Shown here piece by piece: positions 15,742 to 25,854 of a stretch of DNA of 42,840 bases (within the stretch, counting starts at the first letter, position 1; every line of letters starts with the position of its first letter). Made by a program: the position numbers and the translations under genes. Under the pieces are notes generated by a model. It was not told the origin of the DNA, did not search any database, and saw only the letters and a program-made list of their open reading frames with translations. This DNA comes from a virus. Lineage: Duplodnaviria > Caudoviricetes. The stretch spans positions 1-42,840 of IMG/VR virus record IMGVR_UViG_3300049982_000154; one strand, written 5' to 3'.

Positions 15742-16229
15742 TATTGTGCCTCGTCAGGTACCGGGGTGAGCGTGAACTCCATGTCCGTCGCGGTGCCGGA
15801 CAGGGCCACCCCGAGCGCGTTCCACCAGACCACCGAGACGTAGCGGTTCGGGAGCCAGAGTTGCCGTTCGGCGGTGAAGACCTTGGCGGTGCTGGCTTCG
15901 TCCGACTGCACGTTCATCACCCAGCGCAGGTTCCGCACCTTGTCGATGGAGGACACGGCCGCATCCACCGTGCCCAGGTCTCCGTCCACGTACGTGCCAT
16001 CCCCTAGCGCCAGGTGGACCTGCACCAGATTGCCGACCGTGGGGGTAGTGGCGGCCTTAAACCGGGCGCGGGCGAGGAAGGCCGCGGGCCGGCTGCCGGA
16101 GCCCCGATCCCACTGCGCACTGATCCGCCCCGCCCCGTTCGCCAGAGACGTGGGGGTGAACACGACCGTCCCGCCGCTGCTCTTGAAGCTGGCGGCCGTT
16201 TCCTGTGCGACGTAGATCTTATTCGCCAT
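15741..16229 (-). CDS. Putative virion protein (162 aa)
   Basis: Beta-rich; coupled within the tail-tip operon. Confidence 0.75.
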   Translation of the reverse strand: MANKIYVAQETAASFKSSGGTVVFTPTSLANGAGRISAQWDRGSGSRPAAFLARARFKAATTPTVGNLVQVHLALGDGTYVDGDLGTVDAAVSSIDKVRNLRWVMNVQSDEASTAKVFTAERQLWLPNRYVSVVWWNALGVALSGTATDMEFTLTPVPDEAQ

Positions 16230-16725
16230 CGGAGTTACCTCGCAGCGCCTGGGCGATCTCGTCCACCTGGACCGCCGTGCCCACCTCCTCCAGCACCACC
16301 TCCGCCCGGCTCACGAGGGTATCCGCCAGAGCGAGCAGCGCCGCGCTTTCCGGCGCTGAGAGCAGGTTGACTTCCGGAGCCTGGAACGTCCCGAACAACA
16401 GCACGCACGCCGGGAGGTCCAGATCCAGCGCGAGGAGGCCCTTCGGATCCGTCGCGTCGATCACGAAGCGACAAGCCGCCTTGAGTTCGGCCGGCGCCGC
16501 TTCGGTGTAGATCACCGCCCACAGGCGCGGCCAGATGCCGGCGGTGAACAGGTGCGCGCGCAGCACATCGGTGGGCACCCAGCGCCGCGCCGCGAGGGTG
16601 CGCGCATTGATCAGGTCCGCGAGCTGGTTATCGGCTCCACTCGCTAGGTGTGGAGCGTAGCCGCGCTCGGTGGGATCCGTTTCGAACTCCGTCTTGAGCG
16701 CGGCCAGGCGGGCGGCACGGTCCAT
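16219..16725 (-). CDS. Hypothetical tail-region protein (168 aa)
   Basis: GGAG RBS; coupled to neighbours. Confidence 0.75.
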   Translation of the reverse strand: MDRAARLAALKTEFETDPTERGYAPHLASGADNQLADLINARTLAARRWVPTDVLRAHLFTAGIWPRLWAVIYTEAAPAELKAACRFVIDATDPKGLLALDLDLPACVLLFGTFQAPEVNLLSAPESAALLALADTLVSRAEVVLEEVGTAVQVDEIAQALRGNSDGE

Positions 16726-16728
16726 GGG

Positions 16729-17379
16729 TTAGTACTCCAGGAGGTCGAGGTCACCCGCCGAGAACTTGATCGGGTTGCCGTTCTGGACAATCACGCAGCT
16801 CCGGACATAGCCGCCACTGCCTGCCGCCGTCACGTCGATGGCCGCTCCGCCCGACGTGGCCGCCAGCTTGAACGTATTGGTCGTCTTGTCCCGCACGAAG
16901 TAGACCACGCCTTCGGAGAGACCGGTCGGCAGGGCCGCGCCGTTCCGGAGTTCCTCCAGCACCACAGCATCGCCGTCGTTGTAGCCGTGCGCTGCGGCCG
17001 TGAGCACGTCAGTGGACGCGTCCGCGCTGAACGCCTGCAACGTGCCGCCCAGGGTGCCCCTGTAGAGCCCGTTGCCGAGCTGGTCGCGGGTCGCGTAGCC
17101 GGCGAGGATCACGTTGCCGGTGGTGGCCGCAATGCCAAAATCCGTATCGCCGGTGTTGGCCGTGGCGGAGGGATGGGCGGACGTGGCGGCGTCGTACGTA
17201 GCGGTAACGGCGGCGTAGTTGGTCCACACGCCGGTACTGACTTCCACCCCGCCGGTGTCGGTCTTGCTGGGCAAGGTGGTGTAGAAGTGGACCTTACGAC
17301 TGGTCGGGCGGGTAGGCGTAGCGCCTCCCATCGCCCAATCCAGTAGCGCCTTAGCGAGCCACGCGAATTTTCCAGCCAT
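16729..17379 (-). CDS. Putative minor tail / fibre-associated protein
   Basis: AGGAG RBS; FYTTLP..T.TGG.EVS...NYA pattern with an inserted HGYNDGD...LPTGLSEG.VYFV module of a type common in tail proteins. Confidence 0.75.
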   Translation of the reverse strand: MAGKFAWLAKALLDWAMGGATPTRPTSRKVHFYTTLPSKTDTGGVEVSTGVWTNYAAVTATYDAATSAHPSATANTGDTDFGIAATTGNVILAGYATRDQLGNGLYRGTLGGTLQAFSADASTDVLTAAAHGYNDGDAVVLEELRNGAALPTGLSEGVVYFVRDKTTNTFKLAATSGGAAIDVTAAGSGGYVRSCVIVQNGNPIKFSAGDLDLLEY

Positions 17380-17458
17380 GTGCAGGGTCTCCTGAGTAAC
17401 GTAGCCGCACCCTCCGGAGAGTGCGGCTAGAAAGGTGAAAGGGTGATGAAACGATCCA

Positions 17459-18421
17459 TCACGCGAAGGCGACGGCGGCGCTGGTGACCCGGCTGTCCAT
17501 CGCCGCCATCACGTAGAAAGTCTTCGCGGCCGACTCCGTGAGGGTGAGCGTGATCACGCCGGCGGCGGTGCTCATTACCCACCACTGCTTGCCGGCCGTG
17601 ATCGTCTGGAGGACGGTGCCGCTCCCGAAGGTCACGCCGCCATCCGGCGCGGTCGCGCACTCCGCGCCGAGGGCCGCGTCCCCCAGCCACACCCGCACCA
17701 GGCGCGCCTCGGAGGTGAGATCGGCCGCGAACTCCTTGAGCTGGATGGTGAGGGTGCGGGCGTTCGCCACCTCGGCGGCGGCCGTCACGCCTGGCGCGCG
17801 CCCCAGGTCCTTCTGCGCCTGGGCACTCAGCGCGAGCGTCCGGTCCGCAGAGAGGTCTCCGCCACTAGCGAGGCCCGTGCCGGCCGAGATCAGGCGCGTC
17901 GTCGGCGGTACGCCCAGGTTCGTCCGCGCGTTCGCCGCGGTGCTCGCCCCGGTGCCGCCATCCGCGACGGCCAAGTCCGTAATGCCGGAGATCGCGCCGC
18001 CGGCAATGATCACGTTGCCGCTGCCGTCGTGGTCCAGGCTGCCCCGCTGCAGGTTCACCCCGTCCGCGAAGACGCGCGCCCGGTAGCCCTGCGTGATCGT
18101 CACGCCGGTACCGGCGGCGGTTTTCGCGGTGAGGGTGAAAGCACCCGTGGTGCCGTTCTCGATCAGCCACTCCTGCCCCGCGTCCACCGGCAGAAGCAGG
18201 TTCCGGTTGCCGGTCAGGATCCCGCTCAGCACGAGCACCTTACAGGGCGCTTCGGTGTCCGGATCCGCCGGGTAGTCGCCTGTGCCGGCGACCTCGATGC
18301 CGACGTAGCCGTAGCGCGCCCACTCCAGGTGATTGGCCACGTTTTCGAACCAGGTGTCTGAGACCGGCTCGCCGTCCACCCAACTGTTTTGCAGGCCGAT
18401 GATGTCTGTAAAGGTCGCCAT
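17459..18421 (-). CDS. Tail fibre-like protein
   Basis: LSGILTGNRN..., and ITDLAVADGGTGASTAANARTNLG, a fibre-shaft-type motif. Confidence 0.8.
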   Translation of the reverse strand: MATFTDIIGLQNSWVDGEPVSDTWFENVANHLEWARYGYVGIEVAGTGDYPADPDTEAPCKVLVLSGILTGNRNLLLPVDAGQEWLIENGTTGAFTLTAKTAAGTGVTITQGYRARVFADGVNLQRGSLDHDGSGNVIIAGGAISGITDLAVADGGTGASTAANARTNLGVPPTTRLISAGTGLASGGDLSADRTLALSAQAQKDLGRAPGVTAAAEVANARTLTIQLKEFAADLTSEARLVRVWLGDAALGAECATAPDGGVTFGSGTVLQTITAGKQWWVMSTAAGVITLTLTESAAKTFYVMAAMDSRVTSAAVAFA

Positions 18422-18627
18422 TAAGTGCCTCGCACCCGAAAGCCGTCCGAAACCGCCGTGATCCCGACCCGGCCGTACGCGACCCAGCGGCCGCTCACGA
18501 TCGTACCGACCCGCACGTCCCCTGCGGCGCTCGGTCCGCTCGCGGCCGTGCCGCTGCCGCCGCTGGCGACGTGCGCCTGGCGCAGCGCCTCGCTCAGCAC
18601 GCGCTGTCCTTCACTCGGTCGGCTCAT
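18421..18627 (-). CDS. Small tail-tip protein (68 aa)
   Basis: TGATG and TAATG coupling to both neighbours. Confidence 0.65.
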   Translation of the reverse strand: MSRPSEGQRVLSEALRQAHVASGGSGTAASGPSAAGDVRVGTIVSGRWVAYGRVGITAVSDGFRVRGT

Positions 18628-20753
18628 CAGGTGTCCAGTCTCCGCAGGCCGGCGGTGGTGTCCATTCGGGTCCAGCCGTCGCCGGCCCGCCAGGAATGGG
18701 AGAGAGTCAAGAGCACGCACTCCGTGCCGTCCGGAATGCCGAGGCCGGCGCAGTCATACACCGCCACCCGCTCCCGCCGGCTCCGGACCACGTCCAGCGG
18801 CACGGTGAGGTCGATCTCCCGCTTGAGCAGGAACGCGTCGCCCGCGAGGGCCTGGCAGTGCCCGGTCACGAGGCCGGCGTCCGGACTGCCCGGCAGTTCC
18901 TTCAGGCGGGTCTCCCGGAAGGGGCTGAAGCGCTCGCTCGCGACGTTGGTCTCCGCCTCCGGGTCGTACGCGTAGCGGAAGACCAACTGCCCATCCGGCC
19001 CGGTGCCGTAGACCAGGGCAGCCGTCGCGCTCTCCTTGAAGTCGATCCGGTACCGGATGCGCCGGAACTCCTGCCGCACCTCGGGAGGGTCGGTCTCGCC
19101 CTCTTCCGGCGCGGCGCGGTACTCCCAGCTCACGGTCGGCGCGACGTAATCCTGCGGCGCCGTGTAGAGCACGCCGTCATCCGCCACGCCGAGCTCCAGG
19201 CTGCGTTCCTGGAAGATCCGGGAGAGCGTCTCCCACGGCAATTCACCCGTGCGGGTCAACTCGTTCGGCTCGTCCGGGTTGCCGAGGGCGATGAGGCCGC
19301 TGGCTCCCGCCGCATGCCAGGAGCGGTAGGAGGTGCCCCGCCCGCGCGACGCCAGGATCTCGTCGCCGGCGTCGTTCGGCGTCTGGCCCGACAGGAGCAG
19401 GCAGGTGAACGGCGTCCACGGGTCCCGGCGGAAGATCGCGCTGGCGTTGGCCAGGTGGACGGTCACCTCGATCTCCGAGAGGTCCTCTCCCCAGCTCGCC
19501 TCGACCTCTTCCACGTAGCCCACGAAGCAGGTGAACGGCTCCGTGGTGTCGTCGGAGAGGACGTAGCCGAGTTCGACCTCGCAGCGCCGCCACCGCAGCG
19601 CCACCAGGCTCAGCACGTCGAACACCGAGGCGGTGAAGGTGATCTCCGCCGTGCTGCCGTCCAGGCGGGCCGGCTTCGTGATCTTCACCGCTGAGAGGGT
19701 GTCATCCCACGGCGTGGTGGAGTCGGTTCCGGTCACCTGCACTTCCGGAGGCACGCGGTAATGGACGCCGTAGACAGCCGGAGAGAAATACCAGGTGAAC
19801 GGCAAGCCGGCCGTGCTGCCCGGGGTGAGCGTCACGCGCCACTGCGCTTGTCGCGCCACGGGGTTACCTAGGTCCGTGAAGGCCACGCCGCCACCGGTGC
19901 CCAGCGGCGCGTCGTAGATACTCTTCGCAAAGCTCGCGCTCCAGGCCAGGCGCGGCCGTTCCAGCTCCTTGCGGTAGCTGTCGAAGCTGCCCGCGTAGAA
20001 GCGGAGTTGGTGGATCCCGAACGTCACCGCCCCGCCGCGGCCGCGCACCGTGAGCTTTCCCGCCGCCAGCGTCACCGTCTCATTAGCCGGCGCGTACCAC
20101 TCGTAAGAGCGGCCGAAGTCGAAGGAGACGCCCAGCTGCCCGCGCTCCACGCGGACGTACATCCAGGTCTCCTGATCATCTGCCCAGCCAGCCGACCGTG
20201 GCGGAGAAGGCAGGTCGTGGACGGCGACCCAGTTGCCGGCCACCCGGCGCATCAGGAAGGTCCCTTCCTTCGTGAACTCCACCCCCCACTCGGCGCTGAT
20301 CTCGATCCGGATGAAGGGCGGGTAGGTGTCCCAGTCCCAGTCCGCGGGCGTGTCCGGCAGGATCAGGCTCACCGCCACCGGGGCGTTCTTGGGCCGCAAC
20401 CACGTGGACGTGGCCGCCCAACTCGTGACGGTATTGGCCGTGTCGAGCTGGTTCAGCCGGTAGACGTTGCGACCGGTGGAGACCTGCCGCTCTTCCCAGA
20501 GGCCGCCGGAGAAATTGAACTGGGAGCTGCGCGTGTTCTGCGGTACCAGGAAGGCCCGGCAGATCAGCCCAACCGTCTTATCCGCCTGCAGGTAGCGCCG
20601 GCCGCTCGCATTGAAGGAGGCGCTGCCGCTCTGCCAGTCCTGTGCCGGCAGCGAATACCAGCCTAGTCCGGGATCCAGGCAGATCGGGTCACCGTGGCCG
20701 GGGTCGGACACTCGCACGGACGCATAGGCGTAATCGCGGGTAGGGTCTGGCAT
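18627..20753 (-). CDS. Large minor tail / hub-like protein (708 aa)
   Basis: Position after the tape measure gene; C-terminal half has the layout of baseplate-hub proteins (FVGYVEEV..., LGVADDGVLY). Confidence 0.75.
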   Translation of the reverse strand: MPDPTRDYAYASVRVSDPGHGDPICLDPGLGWYSLPAQDWQSGSASFNASGRRYLQADKTVGLICRAFLVPQNTRSSQFNFSGGLWEERQVSTGRNVYRLNQLDTANTVTSWAATSTWLRPKNAPVAVSLILPDTPADWDWDTYPPFIRIEISAEWGVEFTKEGTFLMRRVAGNWVAVHDLPSPPRSAGWADDQETWMYVRVERGQLGVSFDFGRSYEWYAPANETVTLAAGKLTVRGRGGAVTFGIHQLRFYAGSFDSYRKELERPRLAWSASFAKSIYDAPLGTGGGVAFTDLGNPVARQAQWRVTLTPGSTAGLPFTWYFSPAVYGVHYRVPPEVQVTGTDSTTPWDDTLSAVKITKPARLDGSTAEITFTASVFDVLSLVALRWRRCEVELGYVLSDDTTEPFTCFVGYVEEVEASWGEDLSEIEVTVHLANASAIFRRDPWTPFTCLLLSGQTPNDAGDEILASRGRGTSYRSWHAAGASGLIALGNPDEPNELTRTGELPWETLSRIFQERSLELGVADDGVLYTAPQDYVAPTVSWEYRAAPEEGETDPPEVRQEFRRIRYRIDFKESATAALVYGTGPDGQLVFRYAYDPEAETNVASERFSPFRETRLKELPGSPDAGLVTGHCQALAGDAFLLKREIDLTVPLDVVRSRRERVAVYDCAGLGIPDGTECVLLTLSHSWRAGDGWTRMDTTAGLRRLDT

Positions 20754-20766
20754 GGATTAGGGCAAC

Positions 20767-20788
20767 AAAAAGCCCACCCGGGTGGGCA
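20767..20788 (-). terminator. Intrinsic terminator inside the tail operon
   Basis: Minus strand GCCCAC-CCGG-GTGGGC-TTTTT. Confidence 0.6.
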
Positions 20789-20814
20789 GGCTCGGCGGAC
20801 AGCGTGGGTAGGGA

Positions 20815-22023
20815 CTAAACCCAGGTAAGGGGAGCGATGGCGGCGCGAACCCCGGCCTCGAACCGGACGATGGTGGGCACCTCGGAGCGGGCCAGGAAGA
20901 GATACTCCCAGCGTCGGTCCCGGTTGAGGAGCAGTTTGCTCGCCTTCGTGAAGAAATCGAACGATCCGTAGCGCAGCGCCCAGACCTTCAGATATTGGGC
21001 CGAAGGGAAGGGCGGACCGTTAGCTGCCTGGCCCCCAAAAACCCAATTGTTGGTCGCTCCATCCCAACTCCAACCCATCATGCGGCGGGTCTGGAAAGGG
21101 CCATCAACATCGCCGTTGCCCTGGCCGTCTAGTGCGGCAAAGGCAAGTAGCTGGCCGCGTGCTTCGTCTGCGGCGCCTACTTGGGCCGTCCCGCCGGAGA
21201 GGATGCGGGTGCCAACGAGGGTGTAACTGCCATCCGACTGCAACTTGGTGATCCGCTGCCCATACGGCAAGCTGAGGGTGTCGCCGTTCCGCAGCGCCTG
21301 CACCCCATACGGCACGCCGTGCCAACTCGCGGTGTTAATATTGGTGAGCGTGCCGAAAGTCCAGGCCTGCGTAGCTTGATCCCACTCGCCACGGCCCAGG
21401 TGCGGTCGGTCTCCGTCCAGAGCGCCCGTCAGGCGGCCGTGGATGTTGAGGACGATGCCGCCGCCGGCCAGGTAATCGAACGCCACAAACCCGCCGCGGA
21501 TCACGGCTTGCATCTGGCCGCCCGACTCGCCGGGACCGTAGGTAGCCACTCCCGGCGTGAACGTCTTGCTCGGAGCGGTTAACGTGATCGTAGTCGCGCT
21601 GCCGAACGTAACTCCGCCGTCCTGCGAAAGGCGGTGCTTGAACACCCCCGCGTGGATGTAGAACACGTCCACTTCTCCCGACCCGCGGATCCCGAGGGCG
21701 GCGCCGGACACATCATCGCTCTCCAACTCCGTGTACTCGGTCACGGTCACGGCCGGGCCTTCGGCGCCCTGGCGATAGACCCGGAGCCGCCCGCGCTGCC
21801 CGTCGTCGGTGGGCGCGGACATCAGCACCAGCAGCTTCCGCTCCCGCGTATAGCCGAAGTCCAGGGCCAGCCAGAACGGCACGGCCCGGTACACGATCGT
21901 GACTCCCGCCTGATAGCTCGGGTCACTGGTATCGATGTACCACTGCCCCGGGGTCGGGGCCGTGGTAGGGGAGGATCGGACCACGCGCGCCTGAGCCCAG
22001 GTGTAAGGGATGGTAGTGGGCAT
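20815..22023 (-). CDS. Tail-associated protein with an Asp-box-like motif (402 aa)
   Basis: Directly after the tape measure gene; SQDGGVTF resembles a BNR/Asp-box; beta-rich. Confidence 0.75.
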   Translation of the reverse strand: MPTTIPYTWAQARVVRSSPTTAPTPGQWYIDTSDPSYQAGVTIVYRAVPFWLALDFGYTRERKLLVLMSAPTDDGQRGRLRVYRQGAEGPAVTVTEYTELESDDVSGAALGIRGSGEVDVFYIHAGVFKHRLSQDGGVTFGSATTITLTAPSKTFTPGVATYGPGESGGQMQAVIRGGFVAFDYLAGGGIVLNIHGRLTGALDGDRPHLGRGEWDQATQAWTFGTLTNINTASWHGVPYGVQALRNGDTLSLPYGQRITKLQSDGSYTLVGTRILSGGTAQVGAADEARGQLLAFAALDGQGNGDVDGPFQTRRMMGWSWDGATNNWVFGGQAANGPPFPSAQYLKVWALRYGSFDFFTKASKLLLNRDRRWEYLFLARSEVPTIVRFEAGVRAAIAPLTWV

Positions 22024-22025
22024 GC

Positions 22026-25000
22026 TTATCTCCCGGCCGGTCCGATGAACCCGGCCTCGCGGCTGGCGCGGCGGGTCATCTCTTGGAACTGCGCAAACTG
22101 CTGCTGCGGTGAGGCGTTCGGGTCCAACAGGATTTGGAACACCGTCGGCCGGCCCGCAGCGGCCGTGTTCGCCACCTGGCGCGCGTCGGCGGTGGCGGCG
22201 CGGGCGAGGTACGGATCCGCCTGCGCCTGGCCGGCGATCCCGTTGAGCTGCCCCATCGCGACCATCATCCCCCGTCGCCCCATCCCCATCCCCTTGAGCG
22301 ACTCCAGGAGCTGCCCGCGGAGCTGCTCGCCCCCGATCTGGCGCTGCACGCTCTCCACGCGCGTCTCCCCCTGGATCGGCCGCATCGCCTCGCGGTACTG
22401 CTGCAGGAGGAGCGGCACCATCGCCCGCGTGCGCTGTCTGCCGCTCAGGAACGGATTGTTCTTGAGCTGCAGTTCGGCGAGCTGGGCTTCCGCCGACATC
22501 AGCCCGCGCCGCTCCTGCGCGGCTTTATGGGTGGCGGTCACCGCCTTCTGCTGCTCGGAAGCGGCTTCCTTCGCGGCCCGCTGATCGAGCTGCGCGATCT
22601 CCCGCTTGCTCTTCTCGATCTCCCCGACCGCTTTCCAGTAGTCCTCGGAGCCCTCTTTGTAGTGGGCAAGGTCGGCGATCAGTGCGTCCTGCGCCGCCTC
22701 CAGCACCGGCGCGAGTTCGGTGGCCAGGCCGCGCGCCTCATTGCCGGGCGCGGCCTCCGCCGCCCGCGCGATGGCCTGATCCCGCTGGATCTGGAGCTGC
22801 GCGGCGAACCCCTTCTGGGCTTCCTCGCCGGCTTTCTTCTGCAGGTTCTTCTCCGCCCGCGCCGCCCCCGCCGCCAGAATGCCCTTCTGGATCTCCAGGT
22901 TCAGGTAGTCGGCGCGGAGCTGCTCATACTCCTTGACCGTCTCCGCGTCGGCCTTCCCGGACGCGAGGAGGGCGCGGGCCTGCGCGGTGAGATCGCCCTG
23001 CTTGGCGGTCAGCACCGGCCGCATCATCTCGTTTTCGCGGAGGGCCTTGCGGTTCGGGTCGCCGTCTTCACCTTCGCCCCGGGCCGCACTCTGCGCGCGC
23101 GCTGCCAGCACGCTGTTGTCCAGCGCCATGTTCCGGAGCGCGAAGCCCTCCCGCTGCGCGGTTTTGGCCTTCGCTTCCGCCTTCTTCTGGGTGTCGGCGG
23201 CCTCTTTGGCGGCCCGCTGCTTCAGCTCTTCCGCCTGGTCCTGGGTCTGGGTCTGCTCTTTGACGTACCGCCAGTACTTCACGGCCGCATCCGCGTCCGT
23301 CTTGATCAGCGGCTCCAGCTCCTTTGCCTTGGCCGCGAGGTCGGCCTGGTGGGCGGCCAGCAGCGGCAGCAGGGCTTTCGCTTCCCGCTGCGCTTTCGTC
23401 TGGTCGTCTCCCACGCGGATCGACGCTTTAGCGCTCTCCACCAGGGAGTCGTACTGCGCGTCCGCGGCGGCGGCGAATTTCTTCTTGTCGGCCTCGCTGG
23501 CGGCTTTATCGGCTTCCTTGGGTTTGTCGGAGCCGGTGCGGCGCACCGCCGCGATCTCGTCATCCAGCCCCTTCAAGCGCACCGCCGCGTTGCCCGTGAT
23601 CTCCCGTCCGGAGAGGGCTTCGGTGAGGCGCTTGCGCTCCGCCTTCAGCTCCTGGATGCGCCGGAGGGCCGGGCTCTTCGCGAGCATCGCCTCCGTGTCC
23701 GCGTTGGTGGACTCCGCCTGGCGGTCCGCGGCGCCGATGGACGGGCCGCCGTCAAAGCTCGCCTTGTCGTTGATCTCCGAGCCGATGCCGAGGCCGACCA
23801 TCCCGGCCGTGATGACTCCGGCAGCGACTGCCCCTGCCCCAACGCCCGCCACGCGAAACGACCCCGCATTTGTCGCCGCCAGCCGCCCGGTGCGCATCCC
23901 GGTAGCTGCGGCCCCGGCGGACTGACCCGCAGCTACCGAATCCGCGCTGGCCTTCACCGCCATCGCGTTTTCGAATTCGGCTTTGGTGTTGGCCTCGAGC
24001 GCGCGGTATTCGTCCCACAGGGCGCGGGTGTGCGCCTGGCGGGCTTGCTCCGCGCTCTGCGTTACGCCCCGGCTCGCGGCCGTGGCCTCCATCTCGACCG
24101 TTTTGGCGGAAGCGGAAGCGGCGGAAGCGCCCGTGTCGACCACGGTGGCGGCCGTGTCCGCGACGGTGGCGGCCGTCTTCGCGGTGAACGCTCCCGCCAC
24201 CGCGGCCCGCATCTCCGTGAGCGACTGCCAGCCCTCTCGGACTTTCTTCGCCCCTTCGAACAATCCGCCCAGGGCCATCGTCGCCGGCCCGGCTACGGCC
24301 GCCGTCGCCGCCACGGCCAGCAGACCTGCTTGCACCGGAGCGGAGAGGCGGCTGTAACCGTCCGCCAGCCCCGTAACGGCCGGCGCGAGCACGTTGGTGA
24401 TCGCGGACGCGGCCGGTACCAGCGACGTCCCGACCTTCGCGGCGGACTGCTGGATCGTGTCGCTCAGGTTCTCGAAGTCGTTCTTGATCCCGCCGGTCAC
24501 CGGCGGGATCTTCGCCAACTCGGCGGTGAGCTTGGAGACGAACTCCTCGGCCCCCAAACCGCTCTTCTGCAGCACTTCCGTGTCGGCCGTGCCGAACGCG
24601 GTCTGCATGGCCTTGCGGACCTGCGGCACGCGCTCGCTGAGCTGATTGATCTCCTCGGCGCTGATCTTCCCCTTCGACGCGATCTGCGTGAGAGCCAGCG
24701 TGACGCCGTCCAGCTCCGCTTTCCCGCCGCCTACGGACGCGATCGCGTTCCCGAACGCGCTGAGGCTCTTCTCCGCCTGGTTCGCACTGAACCCCGCCGC
24801 CTGGAGCCGGATCGAACCCTGCACCGCCTCGTTGAACCCCAGCCCCGGCAACTTCGCCACTTCGCGCAGTCGCGCCAGTTGCTGTTCTGCGGCCCCGCTG
24901 GATCCGGCTACCGAGATCAAGCCCCGCTTCAGCGAGTCGAGATCCGCCGCCGCCTTCAGCGCCCCGCCGCCCACCGCCATCAGGGGCAGCGTGACGCCCA

Positions 25001-25208
25001 TCGACAGGGTCTGGCCGAAGTCTTTGATCTTCGCGCCGTCCACCTTGGAGAGCGCTTTGCCCAGGCGCGTGCCCAGGCGATCCACCGCGTCTCCGGTGGC
25101 GTTGGACTGCTGCTCGATCTCCTTCAGTCCGCCTTCCGTGCGGCGCACTCCCGCCTGTAAGCCCGCGTCCTCTAAGTCGATAACCGCTTTGAGCTCAATG
25201 ACGTTCAT
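22026..25208 (-). CDS. Tape measure protein
   Basis: 1060 aa, Ala-rich and helical; LALTQIASKGKISAEEINQLSERVP tape-measure domain; follows the tail chaperone. Confidence 0.93.
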   Translation of the reverse strand: MNVIELKAVIDLEDAGLQAGVRRTEGGLKEIEQQSNATGDAVDRLGTRLGKALSKVDGAKIKDFGQTLSMGVTLPLMAVGGGALKAAADLDSLKRGLISVAGSSGAAEQQLARLREVAKLPGLGFNEAVQGSIRLQAAGFSANQAEKSLSAFGNAIASVGGGKAELDGVTLALTQIASKGKISAEEINQLSERVPQVRKAMQTAFGTADTEVLQKSGLGAEEFVSKLTAELAKIPPVTGGIKNDFENLSDTIQQSAAKVGTSLVPAASAITNVLAPAVTGLADGYSRLSAPVQAGLLAVAATAAVAGPATMALGGLFEGAKKVREGWQSLTEMRAAVAGAFTAKTAATVADTAATVVDTGASAASASAKTVEMEATAASRGVTQSAEQARQAHTRALWDEYRALEANTKAEFENAMAVKASADSVAAGQSAGAAATGMRTGRLAATNAGSFRVAGVGAGAVAAGVITAGMVGLGIGSEINDKASFDGGPSIGAADRQAESTNADTEAMLAKSPALRRIQELKAERKRLTEALSGREITGNAAVRLKGLDDEIAAVRRTGSDKPKEADKAASEADKKKFAAAADAQYDSLVESAKASIRVGDDQTKAQREAKALLPLLAAHQADLAAKAKELEPLIKTDADAAVKYWRYVKEQTQTQDQAEELKQRAAKEAADTQKKAEAKAKTAQREGFALRNMALDNSVLAARAQSAARGEGEDGDPNRKALRENEMMRPVLTAKQGDLTAQARALLASGKADAETVKEYEQLRADYLNLEIQKGILAAGAARAEKNLQKKAGEEAQKGFAAQLQIQRDQAIARAAEAAPGNEARGLATELAPVLEAAQDALIADLAHYKEGSEDYWKAVGEIEKSKREIAQLDQRAAKEAASEQQKAVTATHKAAQERRGLMSAEAQLAELQLKNNPFLSGRQRTRAMVPLLLQQYREAMRPIQGETRVESVQRQIGGEQLRGQLLESLKGMGMGRRGMMVAMGQLNGIAGQAQADPYLARAATADARQVANTAAAGRPTVFQILLDPNASPQQQFAQFQEMTRRASREAGFIGPAGR

Positions 25209-25271
25209 GGAGGAGTTGATAGGAAGCCGAGCAAACTAGCGTGAGTAGTAACTAATCGAGAGGGGAATGGA

Positions 25272-25853
25272 ATGGCGCTGGTACCGTGTCCGGCCTGCAG
25301 TAGGCCGATGGAGCAACGTCGGCAGGTATGCGCGTTTTGCGCGCAGCAGGGAGTTACGGCTCCCGAACCAGAGCGCTTCGTGGTGCCGGATGAAACTCCG
25401 GCCGCGGCCGCCAAGCCGAAGGCTGCCGGCGGCCACGTGCCCGGGTGGGTCAGTGCTCTCGTGCTGGTCGGCCTGCTGGTGGTGCCCTTCGTGGTGTTCT
25501 GCCTGGCCTCGAAGTCCAACCCGATCACCGTGGCGCTGAACCTGGTGACGGACGCGGTGCTGCACCGGGGAGAGAGCGGGCCTGCCACCTTCGAAGTGCA
25601 CGTCACCACCCAACCGCCGGCGGCGTTTACCGGCGCGATCTCGCTGGTGAGTGCGAGCGGGAGTTCAAACCGGTCCGTCGAAGGCACGGGATCCGCCACC
25701 TACTCGCTGGGCACGGGGACTATTGCGTCCGTCCAGTTTCAGAAGAAGACGACGGAGGGCACCATTTCCGTAGAGCTAATCAAAAACGGGCAGCTCTTCA
25801 AAGCCGACTCCACGACCGCGGAGTACGGTGTCGTCGGGCTCGCAGGACAGTAG
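25272..25853 (+). CDS. Zinc-ribbon plus single-TM membrane protein (moron, antisense to the tail operon)
   Basis: CPAC...CAFC, hydrophobic WVSALVLVGLLVVPFVVFCLA, C-terminal beta domain; GAGGGG RBS; fills the gap between chaperone and tape measure genes. Confidence 0.85.
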   Translation: MALVPCPACSRPMEQRRQVCAFCAQQGVTAPEPERFVVPDETPAAAAKPKAAGGHVPGWVSALVLVGLLVVPFVVFCLASKSNPITVALNLVTDAVLHRGESGPATFEVHVTTQPPAAFTGAISLVSASGSSNRSVEGTGSATYSLGTGTIASVQFQKKTTEGTISVELIKNGQLFKADSTTAEYGVVGLAGQ

Positions 25854-25854
25854 C

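Noticed and set aside
13752-22023. Diversity-generating retroelement or invertible tail-fibre cassette
   Set aside because: No reverse transcriptase, no template/variable repeat pair and no inverted fibre segments or paired sites seen by eye; a self dot-plot would confirm.
22134-25160. 1008-aa plus-strand ORF and other long antisense ORFs (e.g. 6084-7493, 32879-34231)
   Set aside because: Shadow ORFs opposite well-supported genes, expected from high GC3 bias.
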